Positions 12,471 through 23,849 of a DNA stretch of 64,000 nt are shown here, one piece after another. Numbering within the stretch: position 1 is the stretch's first letter; each line of letters begins with the position of its first letter. Source of the DNA: Takakia lepidozioides (taxonomy: Eukaryota; Plantae; Bryophyta); contig CM060734.1 of the NCBI GenBank assembly GCA_030704615.1, forward strand, positions 21,514,001 to 21,578,000, written 5' to 3'. Below the pieces are notes generated by a model. It was not told where the DNA came from, searched no databases, and worked only from the letters and a program-made list of their open reading frames with translations. The translations under genes were made by a program, and so were the position numbers.

Positions 12471-12920
12471 GTGAAGGGGCCAAGCGGTCAGTATCCCACA
12501 CACCCTGCGAAGGATGACTCCATTGTTTCTGTAATGTTGTCCAATGAATTCAAGTTAATGCATTGTGAAGCCAATAAGAAGCTTAGGAAGGAGAGAGTGC
12601 ACCCTCTCATGACTCAATGTCACATAGGGCACCTCTCGTTTTCATGTGTTGTTGACACAGGCTGTACCATGTTTGTTGTTCCATTGTCCGTGGTTCGACT
12701 ACTTGGTCTCAAACTCACTCCAGCCAAGGGTCATTGCAGATGGCACATGTTATGAACCCCTAGGTTTGGTCACCATCCCCATTAAGGTCAGTTGCAAGTC
12801 GGTCACACTGACTTGTACATATCGTCACCATTGGTGAGCAATTGCTGTTAGGCTTGGATTGGATGTGTGCTGTAGGGGCAAAGATTGATGTGGTTGAAAA
12901 CATCATGTGGCTTGCCAGTG
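12471..12920 (+). pseudogene. Aspartic protease of the outer Gypsy (frameshifted)
   Basis: SCVVDTGCT active site, then LLLGLDWM in a shifted frame. Confidence 0.85.
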
Positions 12921-13139
12921 GCAGCTCCTCCCCCCACAAGGTGCAGCTCAACTCTATCTCCTTGCCCGCTGGTTGTGCCACATCTCTCCCACATGCGAAC
13001 CATTGTTGCTGAAACAAAGCGGCAGGCGGGTGAGCAATACAACTGGACACGCTACTTTAACTTTGCCAAGACAGCCCCCTTCACCCCGTATCAATGGCAG
13101 TCACCTTTGTCTGGTAAGAAGAGTGGCCCTCCCATTCCA

Positions 13140-13430
13140 ATCCCAGGTAACACCACTCTTCTTCGCAATCCCGCTGACTTTGTCATACCTGCCTCCTCCC
13201 AAAAGATTGTTTCTCTTTGCCTCACCTTTCTTTGTCCACAAGGTCATTATCTTGAAGTCGAGGGGTGGATACTCTTGATGCTTTCCAAACATTGTTTGAT
13301 TGCATCTGGGGTGCTGGATCGGGGCTTTCGAGGGGAGCTCAGACTTCTTGTTGCCAACCCAGAACGCATACCTATCACCATCCGCAAGGGTCAGGTCCTC
13401 GCTCGACTCACTGCCACCCCATTGACAGAT
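13140..13430 (+). pseudogene. dUTPase-like domain between PR and RT
   Basis: GVLDRGFRGELRLLVAN (motif 3) and ITIRKGQVLARL (motif 4); motifs 1, 2 and 5 are degenerate or absent. Confidence 0.75.
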
Positions 13431-13495
13431 TTAGGAGAGGTGCAACATGCTTTAAGTTTTGCTGACATTGGCCTGTCGATGATCTTGTAGATCAA

Positions 13496-15120
13496 TTGCA
13501 TCTCTTAGCACAATCTGTCACTGCACCCAAGGTCAGTCCCCTGACTCCTGCGCAATCTGCTCATCTTGATCAAGTTCTAACTGATATCAAAATAGGCTCT
13601 GGTCTCACTGAAAATGAAAGGTCTCGTCTATATCGTGTTATTCGTGACAATCTTGATGTTTTCAGTGCTGGTTCTCATGATTTGGGATGTACCGAGGTTC
13701 TTCATCACGACATTATCACTAAAGGTAGCCCTGTCAAACAATATGTTTATAGAGAGAGCGTCAAAGAGCGCGAAATTATGCAAATCGAACTAACCAAGAT
13801 GCTGGATGCAAGAGTTATTAAACCCTCTATTTCCCCCTGGGCCAGCCCCATCGTGTTGGTTGCCAAGAAAGATGGTACCACCCATTTCTGTGTTGATTTC
13901 CGACGTCTCAATGCCCTAACAAAAAAAAATGTATATCCTTTACCTCGCATTAATGATACTTTGGATCAACTCAATGGTGCCACTCTCTTCTCTTCCTTGG
14001 ATCTTGCTGCGGGTTTTTGGCAGGTTCCACTCACAGAGTCAGCCAAGGAGAAAGCTATGTTTACTTGTAAGATGGGCCTCTTTCAGTTTGAAACCATGTC
14101 TTTTGGATTATGTAATGCTACTGCCACCTTTCAACGTCTCATGGATGTTGTTCTAGGGAACTTGCGCTGGGAGTATGCATTAGTATATGTTGATGACATC
14201 AACGTTTACTCAGCTGACTTTGATTCTCACATGCTGGATCTGAAGCGCGTTTTGTGCAGGCTTAGAGGAGCCGGTCTCAAAGTGAAAGCCAAGAAATGTG
14301 ACATGTGCATGACGGAGCTTCATTTTCTTGGCCACCTTCTCTCAGCCCAAGGCATTAGCCCTGACCCTGCCAAAATTCAGGCTGTCTGGGAATATCCTAC
14401 TCCACGTGACAAAAATTGTGTCCGTGCTTTTCTTGGGTTAGCCTCTTACTATCGTCGTTTCATTAAACATTTTGCTCACATTGCCGCTGCGCTTAATCAG
14501 TTGTTATGCAAAGATGTTCGCTTTCTTTGGGGCAAGTCCCAAATCACTGCTTTTGAGAAACTCAAAATTGCCCTCACCAATGCACCCATTCTGGTCTTTC
14601 CTGATTTTTCCCTGCCATGCTTCTGACCTGGCTGTTTCAGCTATTCTATGCCAAAAGAGAAATGGCACGGAACATGTGGTGGCCTATGCTTCCAGGCGGT
14701 TTGACAAACATGAAAAGAACTATAGTATCACTGATAAAGAGGGCCTTGCAGTCATTTTTGCCAGGGTGAAACATTTCCGGCAGTATCTCCATGGCTGCCC
14801 CTTTGTTATTCAGACTGATCATCTTCCATTGAAGGCTCTCAAAACCCCACGAGCACTCTTGGGACGCTTGGCTTGGTGGTCACTTACTCTTCAAATGTTT
14901 GAGTACGACATTGAGTATAAGAAGGGCAAAGCCAACAGCAATGCTGATGCTCTCACACGCACTGAGACTAAGTCCTCTGACCCTTATGTTACCTTAGATG
15001 ACCTTGCACACTGCTTACCATCTGGTGCTTCACACTTGCCTTCTTCCTCTCCTGACGGGTCCAATTTACTTGCTTTGTTTGCCACTGTTCCTTTTCTTCC
15101 ACCTGATCTCATGTCTGAAT
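13496..15120 (+). pseudogene. pol: RT-RNase H of the outer Gypsy
   Basis: SPWASPIVLVAKKDG, CVDFRRLN, LDLAAGFWQ, YVDD, VVAYASR, QTDHLPL. Confidence 0.95.
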
Positions 15121-15614
15121 GGGATTTGCTCTCCTTTTCTGCTGGTTGAGGTTGGTTTAGAGGTTGTACTGTCACGGTCATATTCTAGGTATGATATCAC
15201 TCTCTCTTCTCTGATTGAACTGTCCATTTCTCCTTCTAGTTCTGGTTTTGGCACTGAATCCTCTCCATAGGGAAATCTGCTTCTCTACTTCATTGTCCTT
15301 GGTTGCATCTTCATGAAGTCTCCCTTGTCATTCAGTTGAGCTGAAAGCCTTCCCCTGGAGATCACTGAGGCGGACACTCTGTTAGGCTCACACTAACCCA
15401 AGGGCTGGCTATGGCAGCTGCAACCATGGAGGACCTACTTTACCAAGCCCTCCTCCAGAAGTGTAAGACCAACACTCATCTGTCGGGCCTCTCTTCCCTC
15501 TCCTTAGGCAAGTCAACTATCATCTCCCCTCTCATCGGGAGGATGGCTCCATTAAGATTCGGACCTTATACCAAAAATCCGGGTAATGTAAATAACCGAA
15601 ATTAACCAAATTCC

Positions 15615-16080
15615 AATTTCATCCTGCAAGTAAATCATCCAAAATGGATGAACTTTGATAGATAAAAAATCCACCATCTGCCACCTTCATCCAAGAGGCG
15701 GAAAAGTTCATCCGGTATGGATGAACTAAGGGTGATGGTTAATTTTTTAGTAAAGGATTTCACCCAAAAAAAAGGAAATTCATCCGGTATGGATGATTCT
15801 GCCATAGGTAAATCAACTAATCCGATGACATCATCCGTCAAGTAAACAATTCATCCTGTGCGGATGAACGTAAGTAAATGGTTAAACACCCAGTAATGGA
15901 TTTCATCCGAAAAATACATCCAGTATGGATGAATTCTGCCAAAGGTAGATCAACGGACTAATGATTTCATCCGCAAAGTAGAAAGTTCATCCTTTATGGA
16001 TGAACTTATTCACATAGTTAATTACCCATCAACGAAATCCATCCACAAAGTAACCAGAAGTCATCCAATATGGATGAAAA
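15615..16080. repeat. Array of TTCATCC-N5-GGATGAA palindromes and half-sites
   Basis: Full hairpins near 15635, 15707, 15779, 15850, 15915, 15985 and 16061. Confidence 0.8.
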
Positions 16081-16383
16081 ATCTCAAGATGGTTAATTAG
16101 GGGTTAGGTAACATACCACTGGTCTTAAACTATCAAGTTTTAAAAGAACCAGCCAGATCCAATGAGGGAGGGAGAGAGAGGGAGAGAGAGGGAACCCACC
16201 AACTATCCCCTGGTATGGCAGCTCCTTATGGAGTGAGTGTGGTATGCACTCACCCCGTAAGGGAGTGCATACCAAATCCCATCACATAAATGATCTCCCT
16301 CTACTTTGTAGTATTTGTTTCTGGTTTACTGATGAACCATAGAAATAAATATGCCTACAATCTCCATACTCCCAGGTCAAGGG

Positions 16384-16868
16384 ACAAACGAAGGTACAAC
16401 AACACTTACATCATAATGTAGAGTTTTACCTTTTAGCTTCACATAAGCTCTGGTAATGGAAAGATGAGGCCAATGAAGGGACCTCAACTCCGAAGTTCAT
16501 GAAGCAACAGACAGGAAAGAAACTTTTATCAGCCCTTTAATGTTTGCCTAGCCCATGTTTTGGGTACCACATGGGTACAAAACCAATGGGGGCAGGTTTA
16601 GGTAATGAATTTTCTGCCATTGGCATGTTCCAAGTTGGCAAGTTGTGACAAACGAAGGTACATCAACACATACATCAAAATGTAGAGTTTTACCTTTTAG
16701 CTTATATATAAGCTCTGGTGACCGGAAGAAGAGGCCAGTGAAAGAACCCTCAATTCCCAAGGTCATAAAGTAACAATCAGGAAAGAATCATATATCAGAC
16801 TTTTAGTGTTTACCCGCCCCTTGTTTTGGGTACAACATGTGTACAAAACCAAAGGGGGCAGGTATTGG
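16384..16868. repeat. Diverged ~264-bp tandem duplication
   Basis: ACAAACGAAGGTACA...AATGTAGAGTTTTACCTTTTAGCTT...GGGGGCAGGT at ~16384 and ~16648. Confidence 0.85.
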
Positions 16869-17227
16869 GACTTAGGTAATGAAATCTGGCAGGGGTTTAC
16901 CACCTGGTATTCAGACAAAACATCTACCAGCAGCATATCAGAATTGGGTATTTTTTATGGTGCTACAAAGAGCAAAGCCATGACCAGGGAAGCATAGAAA
17001 CATTTGAGCCAAAGAAATGGAACTCATTCTTATCATAAGGTATCTAAATGACATAAGGCATCGGCTACAGGGGACCGGCAAACAAGAGTAATGTGCATTG
17101 ACCGGATCATGTGTAAGATGTACACGTCTACTCCAGTAAGTTGTCTTACCAGGGCCTAGCTCAAAATATCAGCATTCAGAAGCCCTGTAGATGTTCTATG
17201 CTTATCTTAGGTACCTTCAAGGATGCC

Positions 17228-18140
17228 TTACTCTCCATGCCCAATCGGCCAACATATTTTTGCTGGAGAAGATCTTACCTTATGAAGGACTTGCTTGCTC
17301 CACACCATGGTCATGGCGGAACAATTCTCAGTAGAATGGTTATCCATTTTACAGGTAGTACAGTGTTTCTCCTTCATGTGGCATTCAGCCGTGGTATGGC
17401 CTTTATTCTGGCATTTTTTACCAAACACCCAACACCCTTCCTCCAATGTGTTGCAGCCTCTGTGGCATATTTTTTCAAGATTTCTTCTAGTCTTTTCTCA
17501 TAGTTGTCCCTCTTCAACTTTTCCTTCTTCTTGCTCTTCCTCTTGAGCTCTTGCTCTTCTTCCTCATCTGACTCATCTTCAGAGTCCTCATCATCCCTTT
17601 TATCTCTCCTGAGCATTCCCAATTGCTCAATTCTGTTGGCTGTTTCGAATGCCTCCTCCACCGTATTATGGGGTAGCATATCCACTTTCTTTTGTAATTC
17701 AGGTCTTAGTCCACTCACAAACCATGTCTTCTGTAACCCTGGTGCTGGTACAGCAGCCAGCTTTTTCATCATTAACTACATCTTTTCCATGTACTCTTCA
17801 ACAGTTTCATGCTTCTTTTGCCTTAACTGTTGTAAACTCCCATACACTTCATCCTCAGTTTTGCTTGTCCTGAACCTGTTCCGGAATGCTGTACTAAGGC
17901 CATTCCAGGTTAGGAAATGATTATTAGGAAACCTTGCATACCATTCACTTGCTTTCTTGATAAGTGAACAAGGAAACAGTCTCATCTTGGCATCATCGCC
18001 ATTCTCATTGTTCACAATACACATGTGCTCGAATTGGCTGATGTGTACATCAGGATCCTCTTTCCCTGCATATATTGGAAAAGGTGGTTTTGCCCGTGTT
18101 GGAGGTACCGCCATCTGTGGCCCTACACCCTGCCCACTGA
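17228..18140 (-). pseudogene. gag: Gypsy gag fragment with two zinc knuckles
   Basis: YAGKEDPDVHISQF, RLFPCSL..ASEWY, LRQKKHETVEEY, knuckles CQNKGHTTAEC and CTTCKMDNHSTENC. Confidence 0.85.
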
Positions 18141-18144
18141 CCAG

Positions 18145-21100
18145 ACGATAGTGAGATGGCTTGAAATTTGGAATTCAGATCAGACAGTGAAGGACCTGAA
18201 TCAGTTCCCGAAAAACACAATCCAGCCTGGCACGAAGGTGGAGGGCATCAGTGACACGGTGTTTGAAACCTGGCTTTACAAGGCCACATTTTGGAGTCAG
18301 GTATGTATCTTCTCTAGTGCCTACCTTCACGCAATTCTGCAATGTTTTTTCGGAGTGGAAACCTGACAGATGTTTCCTTGGCAGCTGGAGAAGCGCGCCA
18401 TACTAGTGCTCGAGCAAAATTTGAAGGACTTGAATATTTCAATGGTTTCCTCACCACAGATGACCTTAGAGGCTTACATTCGGAAGTGGAAAAGGCTCAC
18501 CTGGCGATACTGTTTTTTCCGGGAATTCTCGAAGGAGTGGAACATTTTGAGGTCCAACGATTTTGACAGTCAGGTTGGGGGTGAGTGGGCCATGATGCGG
18601 ATTGTCTACAGATGCACTCTCATATGCCCATCCTTGTATTTCATTGCGATGATCGTTGGCGATCATCGCAATTTTCTGTTGCTTACTGTGACCAACTCCA
18701 ACAGACAGGGCCGTTCCCAGGCTGCGAAGTCATTCTCATTCATGGAAGGAAGTGATGATTGGCACCGATCATCACTTTCACTACTGTAAGCTTTTGCAGA
18801 GAATCCTTCATTTCACCCAGAATAGTGAAGAACATTGTTTTGCTTTCGTGTTTCAGTCCTACACCTTTCCCACATTGGAAATTGGATTTTTCATCAAAAT
18901 GTGATGATCGGCGGCGATCATCACATTCTCTCGTTCTGCAGTGTGGTTCTTGCAAGGGAGTTGGATATCCATGTGCAGTCTCTCTCTTTAGGGAATGTAC
19001 TGATGATTGGCGGCGATCATCACATTCTCCTATTTTGTGAATTGACATTTTGGGAGTTGCTTTGGGGTTGCGAGTTTGCACGTACACAAAATATGTGCTC
19101 ATGGAGGGAAAACACTTGAGCGGCGTCCCTGATTATCTCGACATGTGGTCGGATCCTGCCAATGACCCAACCCTGTACAGAGCCGGGATTTTGAGGGACT
19201 GGAGTCCTGCCCATTTCCAGGACTGCGGATGGTACCTTGACTGCCCTCCTGAGCACACGACGTTTCAAGAACAACACATGAAACATATGAACAACCATGC
19301 GGAATGCTGGCGCCTCTCGACGACGACGAGTACCAGAGAAATATAGCTGCATTGGCCACGAAGGAACCTGCCCGGCAGGGAACGCCTTAGAAGGGCAAAA
19401 AGGCGGGGCGTAAGGTGAAAGACAAGGATGCAAAGGGTTCGGAGGTTATCACCAAGTCACTTGCCAAGGTAAAAGAGAAGGAGAAGGAGAAGGAGAAGGA
19501 AAAATATAAGGAAAAGGACAAAAACATGACCGCTGGGAGGTATACCGGGACTATTGAGTGCGTTTTCGATGCCAGGCCACACCCTTCCCAAGCGGACTTG
19601 CCAAGGGGAGATTAAGATTGTCAATGAGGGATGGCTGGCCATGATGCAGGAAGAAAGGGTACTCGGGTGTACCGTCGCCGACTTGGGACGACATGATCTC
19701 TTTCCTTAATCTGGTGAGAATCTTTCTTTTTGTCTGGGTGCAATGAAAGTGTAATTGCCAACATCGGTTTGTGTTTGTCTTCTTCCCTCTTTTTCGATGG
19801 TTCTCAAATTGGGCTTGTCTGTCGCAGGTGAGCACTGGGCCCTCCTACGTTTGCGGTGTGCAGAAATCCTTCGCCGCTGACATGGTCATTCTGGACATCC
19901 CGGACGGCCAGCCAGTTCCTGATGTTCCTCCAAAGGACGAGATGCCAACCTGGAACAAATTCGATGACAACTACTGGAGTTGGGTGTTCGGGTTCTGCAA
20001 TACTTTCTTTTCGGATGCAGGAACTCTTCTGCTGTTTCAGTCTTGTGACAAGGAGAGTCGTCGGGCATTGGCATCTTACCTGAAGTCGTCTGGGTTTGAA
20101 GTTCTTCGGACATGGAATTGTGTCAACATCCTCTACCTTGCGAAAGGGGGTTGTCATGGACAGCTGGTACGACTTTCCCATCCTGACTGAGCTTTTTTCA
20201 CTAGTGTTCTATATTTGTAGTGCCTTGCTCTTGCAGAATTTCCCTTAGGAGACCAGACAGCACTCCCTGGAGAGGTGCAAGGGAGAGAACCCCAGCGTTC
20301 ATGCAAACTCTCTTGGAGTCATACAACCACCATTCGGCACGGGTGGTCGACCTCTCCGTATCCACAGGTTCATTCTCGCCCTGTGTTTTAATTTTTTATT
20401 TCATCTTTGCTTTTGGCAGCCCCTCTAACCTGTTTATGTATTTTTGTTTGAGGCAGGTGCGACTTACCATGCTTGCAAGGCAGGCGGAAGAAGCCTTTTG
20501 GGCATGGATGGGGACTCGGACCTATTCAAGAGTGTCCTCCTCCCCCTTCTGTCCGGCTCAACGTCGAGCACACAGACTGAAAAGATTCAAATCCGGAATG
20601 ATGAGGATCCCGAAGACAATCAGGTCGACAATGACTTTTCATGTGAGAGTGTCTGCCATGGACTTCTCATTTGTCTTTGGGTGCTATGTTAGCGCGCAAA
20701 CATCATTTTATGAGTAATATCAATTTTCTGGGTCTCCCTTGCAGGAAAGGCAACTGTGGGTCTTTAGGAGCCTCCATGATGTGGGACGATTCGGTATTCG
20801 ACAGCCCCCTGCCCAGTTTCGTGCTTCCTGTGTATGCGGATGCAATGGCACTTCGCATGTCCGAGGCTCCATCCCCTGACCCCATAATGTTTGCTCGCGG
20901 GTGTAGAGTAGATATCCCAGATCCGGAGTTCTGAAATTCTTAGACTTGGATGCAGAGGATGCGGGGATATGTTATGCTGAGTCCGAGTCAGATTGAGCTT
21001 CACAGTTTCTATGTACTCTTTTCATCCTCATAAAAGAATTTTGACTTGTTCCGACTGTTCATTTGTCCCAAGTAGGAACGGAATCTTTAATTACAAAATA

Positions 21101-21575
21101 TACATTCAAGGGTTGACATGGCCCACATGATATTGACAGACAAGAAAATCCAACAAAGTTTGCAATTGCTTTCAGGGAGAAAACTTCATCAATCCTTCGT
21201 AGTGTTCGCACTCATTCATCTTACATTCATCCATCCTGCATTCATCAATCTTTTGCGTTGTTCGCACTCATCCATGTTATATTCATCCATTCTACATCCA
21301 TCCATCCTACATCCATCTAATGTTTTCATCCCTCTTTCATCACTCATTCATCCACTTGCACTACTTACTACGCTATTTGAAAACTGTACAAGGGAGGAAT
21401 GCCCACATTGTGTTATTATGCCATCGTGCGTGTTTCCGCGGTAATGGGTGCTCTTCCGCGGAAATAGACCCTGCTTCTTCCCGAGCGGGATGGGCCCACG
21501 CCGACGTGGCGTGAGCCTGGATGTGCTCACATGCTCACACGCTCATGCGGCCAGGCTCACGCGGAGGCGTCCCTG
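18145..21575 (+). mobile_element. Element A: DNA-transposon-like unit with CAGGG terminus carrying an amino-methyltransferase-like gene (5' end lost)
   Basis: Ends in ...CCAGGCTCACGCGGAGGCGTCCCTG (21575) with GCTCAC/GTGAGC subterminal repeats; homologous throughout to inverted element B. Confidence 0.7.
18150..20934 (+). pseudogene. Multi-exon gene with C-terminal beta-class N6A/N4C DNA methyltransferase-like domain (copy A)
   Basis: Approximate exons 18150-18300, 18370-18611, 19080-19713, 19828-20166, 20237-20367, 20457-20646, 20745-20934, mostly GT-AG. Motifs VILDIPDG, FSDAGTLLLF, GFEVLRTW, ERTPAFMQTLLES..RVVDLSVSTG/ATYHAC..GRSLLGMDGD. Confidence 0.7.
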
Positions 21576-23089
21576 CTTCGAAAGCCAGGTAAGCCCCAAA
21601 TCTGTGCCCCAAGGATCACAATGATTGGAAGTAGAGTTGGCTGGCAGCAGACTTAGCAGCCCCACCGACTTCTCCCAATTGATCTTTAGCCAAGATGCAT
21701 GGCAGAAGTAGTCCAGAAAATTCAAAGCTGCGGACACATTCGAGGAAGAAGAATTGTCAATGAAAAGCGTGGTGTCGTCCACATACAGGGAGGATTTTAT
21801 AGAGGGTCCAATGAAGGGGCATGGGGAATGGATAGGCCCATAGAATCATTACGATTATCCATCAGATGTCCCAAGCCATCAGCGGCTATAAGAAAAAGAA
21901 AGGGAGCGAGGGGGCAACCCTGGCGAACAGATCTGAATAGCGGGAAAGACTTTGAAAGGACTCCATTGATCAATACCTTGCTGGATGCTGAGGATGGCAC
22001 AATACGAACCCAAGATAGGAAGTTCCCGGTGATCCCCGAGGCCTCAAGAGCTCCGAGAAGGTAGTCCCAATTAATGTTGTCAAAAGCCTTATGAAAATCC
22101 AGCATCAGACGCGCCAGGGGTTGTTGAGCAATAGCAGCAGAATGGAGGGCTTCGTTGGTGAGCAATATGTTATCCAGGATCATCCTACCTTTGAGAAATC
22201 TTGTTGGTTCAGGCCTAAGGAGCTTAGGCAGCAGGGGCTGCAGGCGCTGAGCTAAGGCCTTGGCAAGGATTTTATAAGTAGAGTTCAAAAGCGTAATAGG
22301 CCTATAGTTGCCCAGGTCATCCCTATTGCCTTTCTTGTAAATCAGGGTAATCACTCCTTGCGATAATTGAGATGGCATGATTCCTTTTGCAAGGATGTCA
22401 TTTGCCAAATCAAGCAAATCTTGAGCAATGCAGTCCCACATTGCCTTGAAGAACTCCACCGGAAGGCCGTCTAATCTTGGAGTTTTCATAGAACTGAGTG
22501 ATTCAATGGCATGCAACAGCTCCATGGATTCAAAGGACTTAGAAAGCAAGGCTTGGTCAGCAGCAGATAGCGTATTAGGGAAGGAGAGAAGAACCTCGTG
22601 CCTCGAGGCTTGGGAGTGGGAGGTGTCCAGAATTTTGGAGAAAAGAGCGGAGAAATGCAGAGCTGCGACCTCTGCCATTTCCTTGGGCTTGCTGAACTGT
22701 TGCCCAGAAGAATCTGAAATAGAGCTGATTATCGTGGCCTCCCTCCTATGTTTTGCCTTTTGAAAAAAGTATGCGTTCATCTTCTCTCCTTTGAGAGACC
22801 AATTAACCCCGGCTTTGATCCTCAAAAAGTGGTCTTTCTTCGCCTCCATAGACCTAAGATTTCTCTTTGTAGCCAGGTATGAGTCCATAGCAACAGGGTT
22901 TTGAATGCCCGCCTCCACCCTTTTATGGCAATGCATTAGGCATTTCGACAAGGCCTTGGACCCCTTGACCGTCATTACCGCCGGCACTAGAGGAGGCAAC
23001 CACAATGCTAGTATCTCTGCTCTCCACAAAAACTTCAAAATCCCTATTTCCCCCATATACAAATGCTTCAAAGCCATCCACTTGACAGC
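21576..23089 (-). mobile_element. LINE (L1-like) ORF2 reverse transcriptase fragment
   Basis: GLPVEFFK, NYRPITLLN..YKILAK, LDFHKAFD, VRQGCPLAP, YVDDTTLF, LKINWEKS. Confidence 0.95.
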
Positions 23090-23849
23090 CAGGGATGCCT
23101 CGGCGTGAGCCTGGTCACGTGAGCGCGTGAGCGCAACTGCGCTCACGCCACGTCACCTTGCGCCAATGCCACGTCACGGGGCTCACTCCACGTCATCACA
23201 CGTGAAGGCCGCGTCACCACGCGCCCAGAAAGAAGTGGAGTGTATTCCCGCGGATTGGCACCCTTTACCGCGGAAACAAGCTGGACGACATAATAAAAGG
23301 CATTGAATAAAGGATGGATGAATGTACAGTTGGATGATAAACATATGGATGAGTGTGAAAAATGAATGTAGATGGATGAATGAGGGATGGATAAGAGTAA
23401 AATGGATGAATGTATAATGGATGTTGAGCAATGACAAAAATTCATGACAGGAAGATGCATGACCAAAACTTTTGACGAATGCACAACGTATATGAAATGA
23501 GTGTGGAAGGTTTGTGGGGTGGATTAAAGAGTACAGAGGATGAATGTACAATGGATGTTGAACAAAGGAAAAAATTCATGAATGGAGCACGCATGAATAC
23601 ACTGTAGATGAATGCACAATGGATATGAGAAGAGTCAGGGAGGTTTGTGAGATGGATTCATACATATTGCAATTTAAATGAAAGTTGATTATGTGATTAT
23701 TATTTGTTCTAAAGGAACAACTACGGTGGAGGAAGGGGATTCAACGTTTTCCAGATAGTATGAAAATGAATATTAAAAGAATATAGTTCAGTCTGACTCA
23801 GAGTCAGTACAATGTATCCCCGCTTCCTCTGCATCTAAGTCTAAGTATT

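Larger units (their letters stand above)
4265..12474 (+). pseudogene. gag: gag of the outer Gypsy, split by insertion (4265-5383 + 12364-12474)
   Basis: Removing 5384-12363 restores the knuckle CFICGSLEHW/TRFC (CX2CX4HX4C) in frame. Confidence 0.9.
3202..15120 (+). mobile_element. Outer Ty3/Gypsy LTR retrotransposon (extra ORF, gag, PR, dUTPase-like, RT, RNase H); 3'-truncated and interrupted by a chromovirus
   Basis: TG start at 3202 cuts the SINE tail. Gag with CCHC, protease VVDTG, RT YVDD, RNase H TDH..L and NADALTR. No integrase or 3' LTR seen, so boundaries are approximate. Confidence 0.8.
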
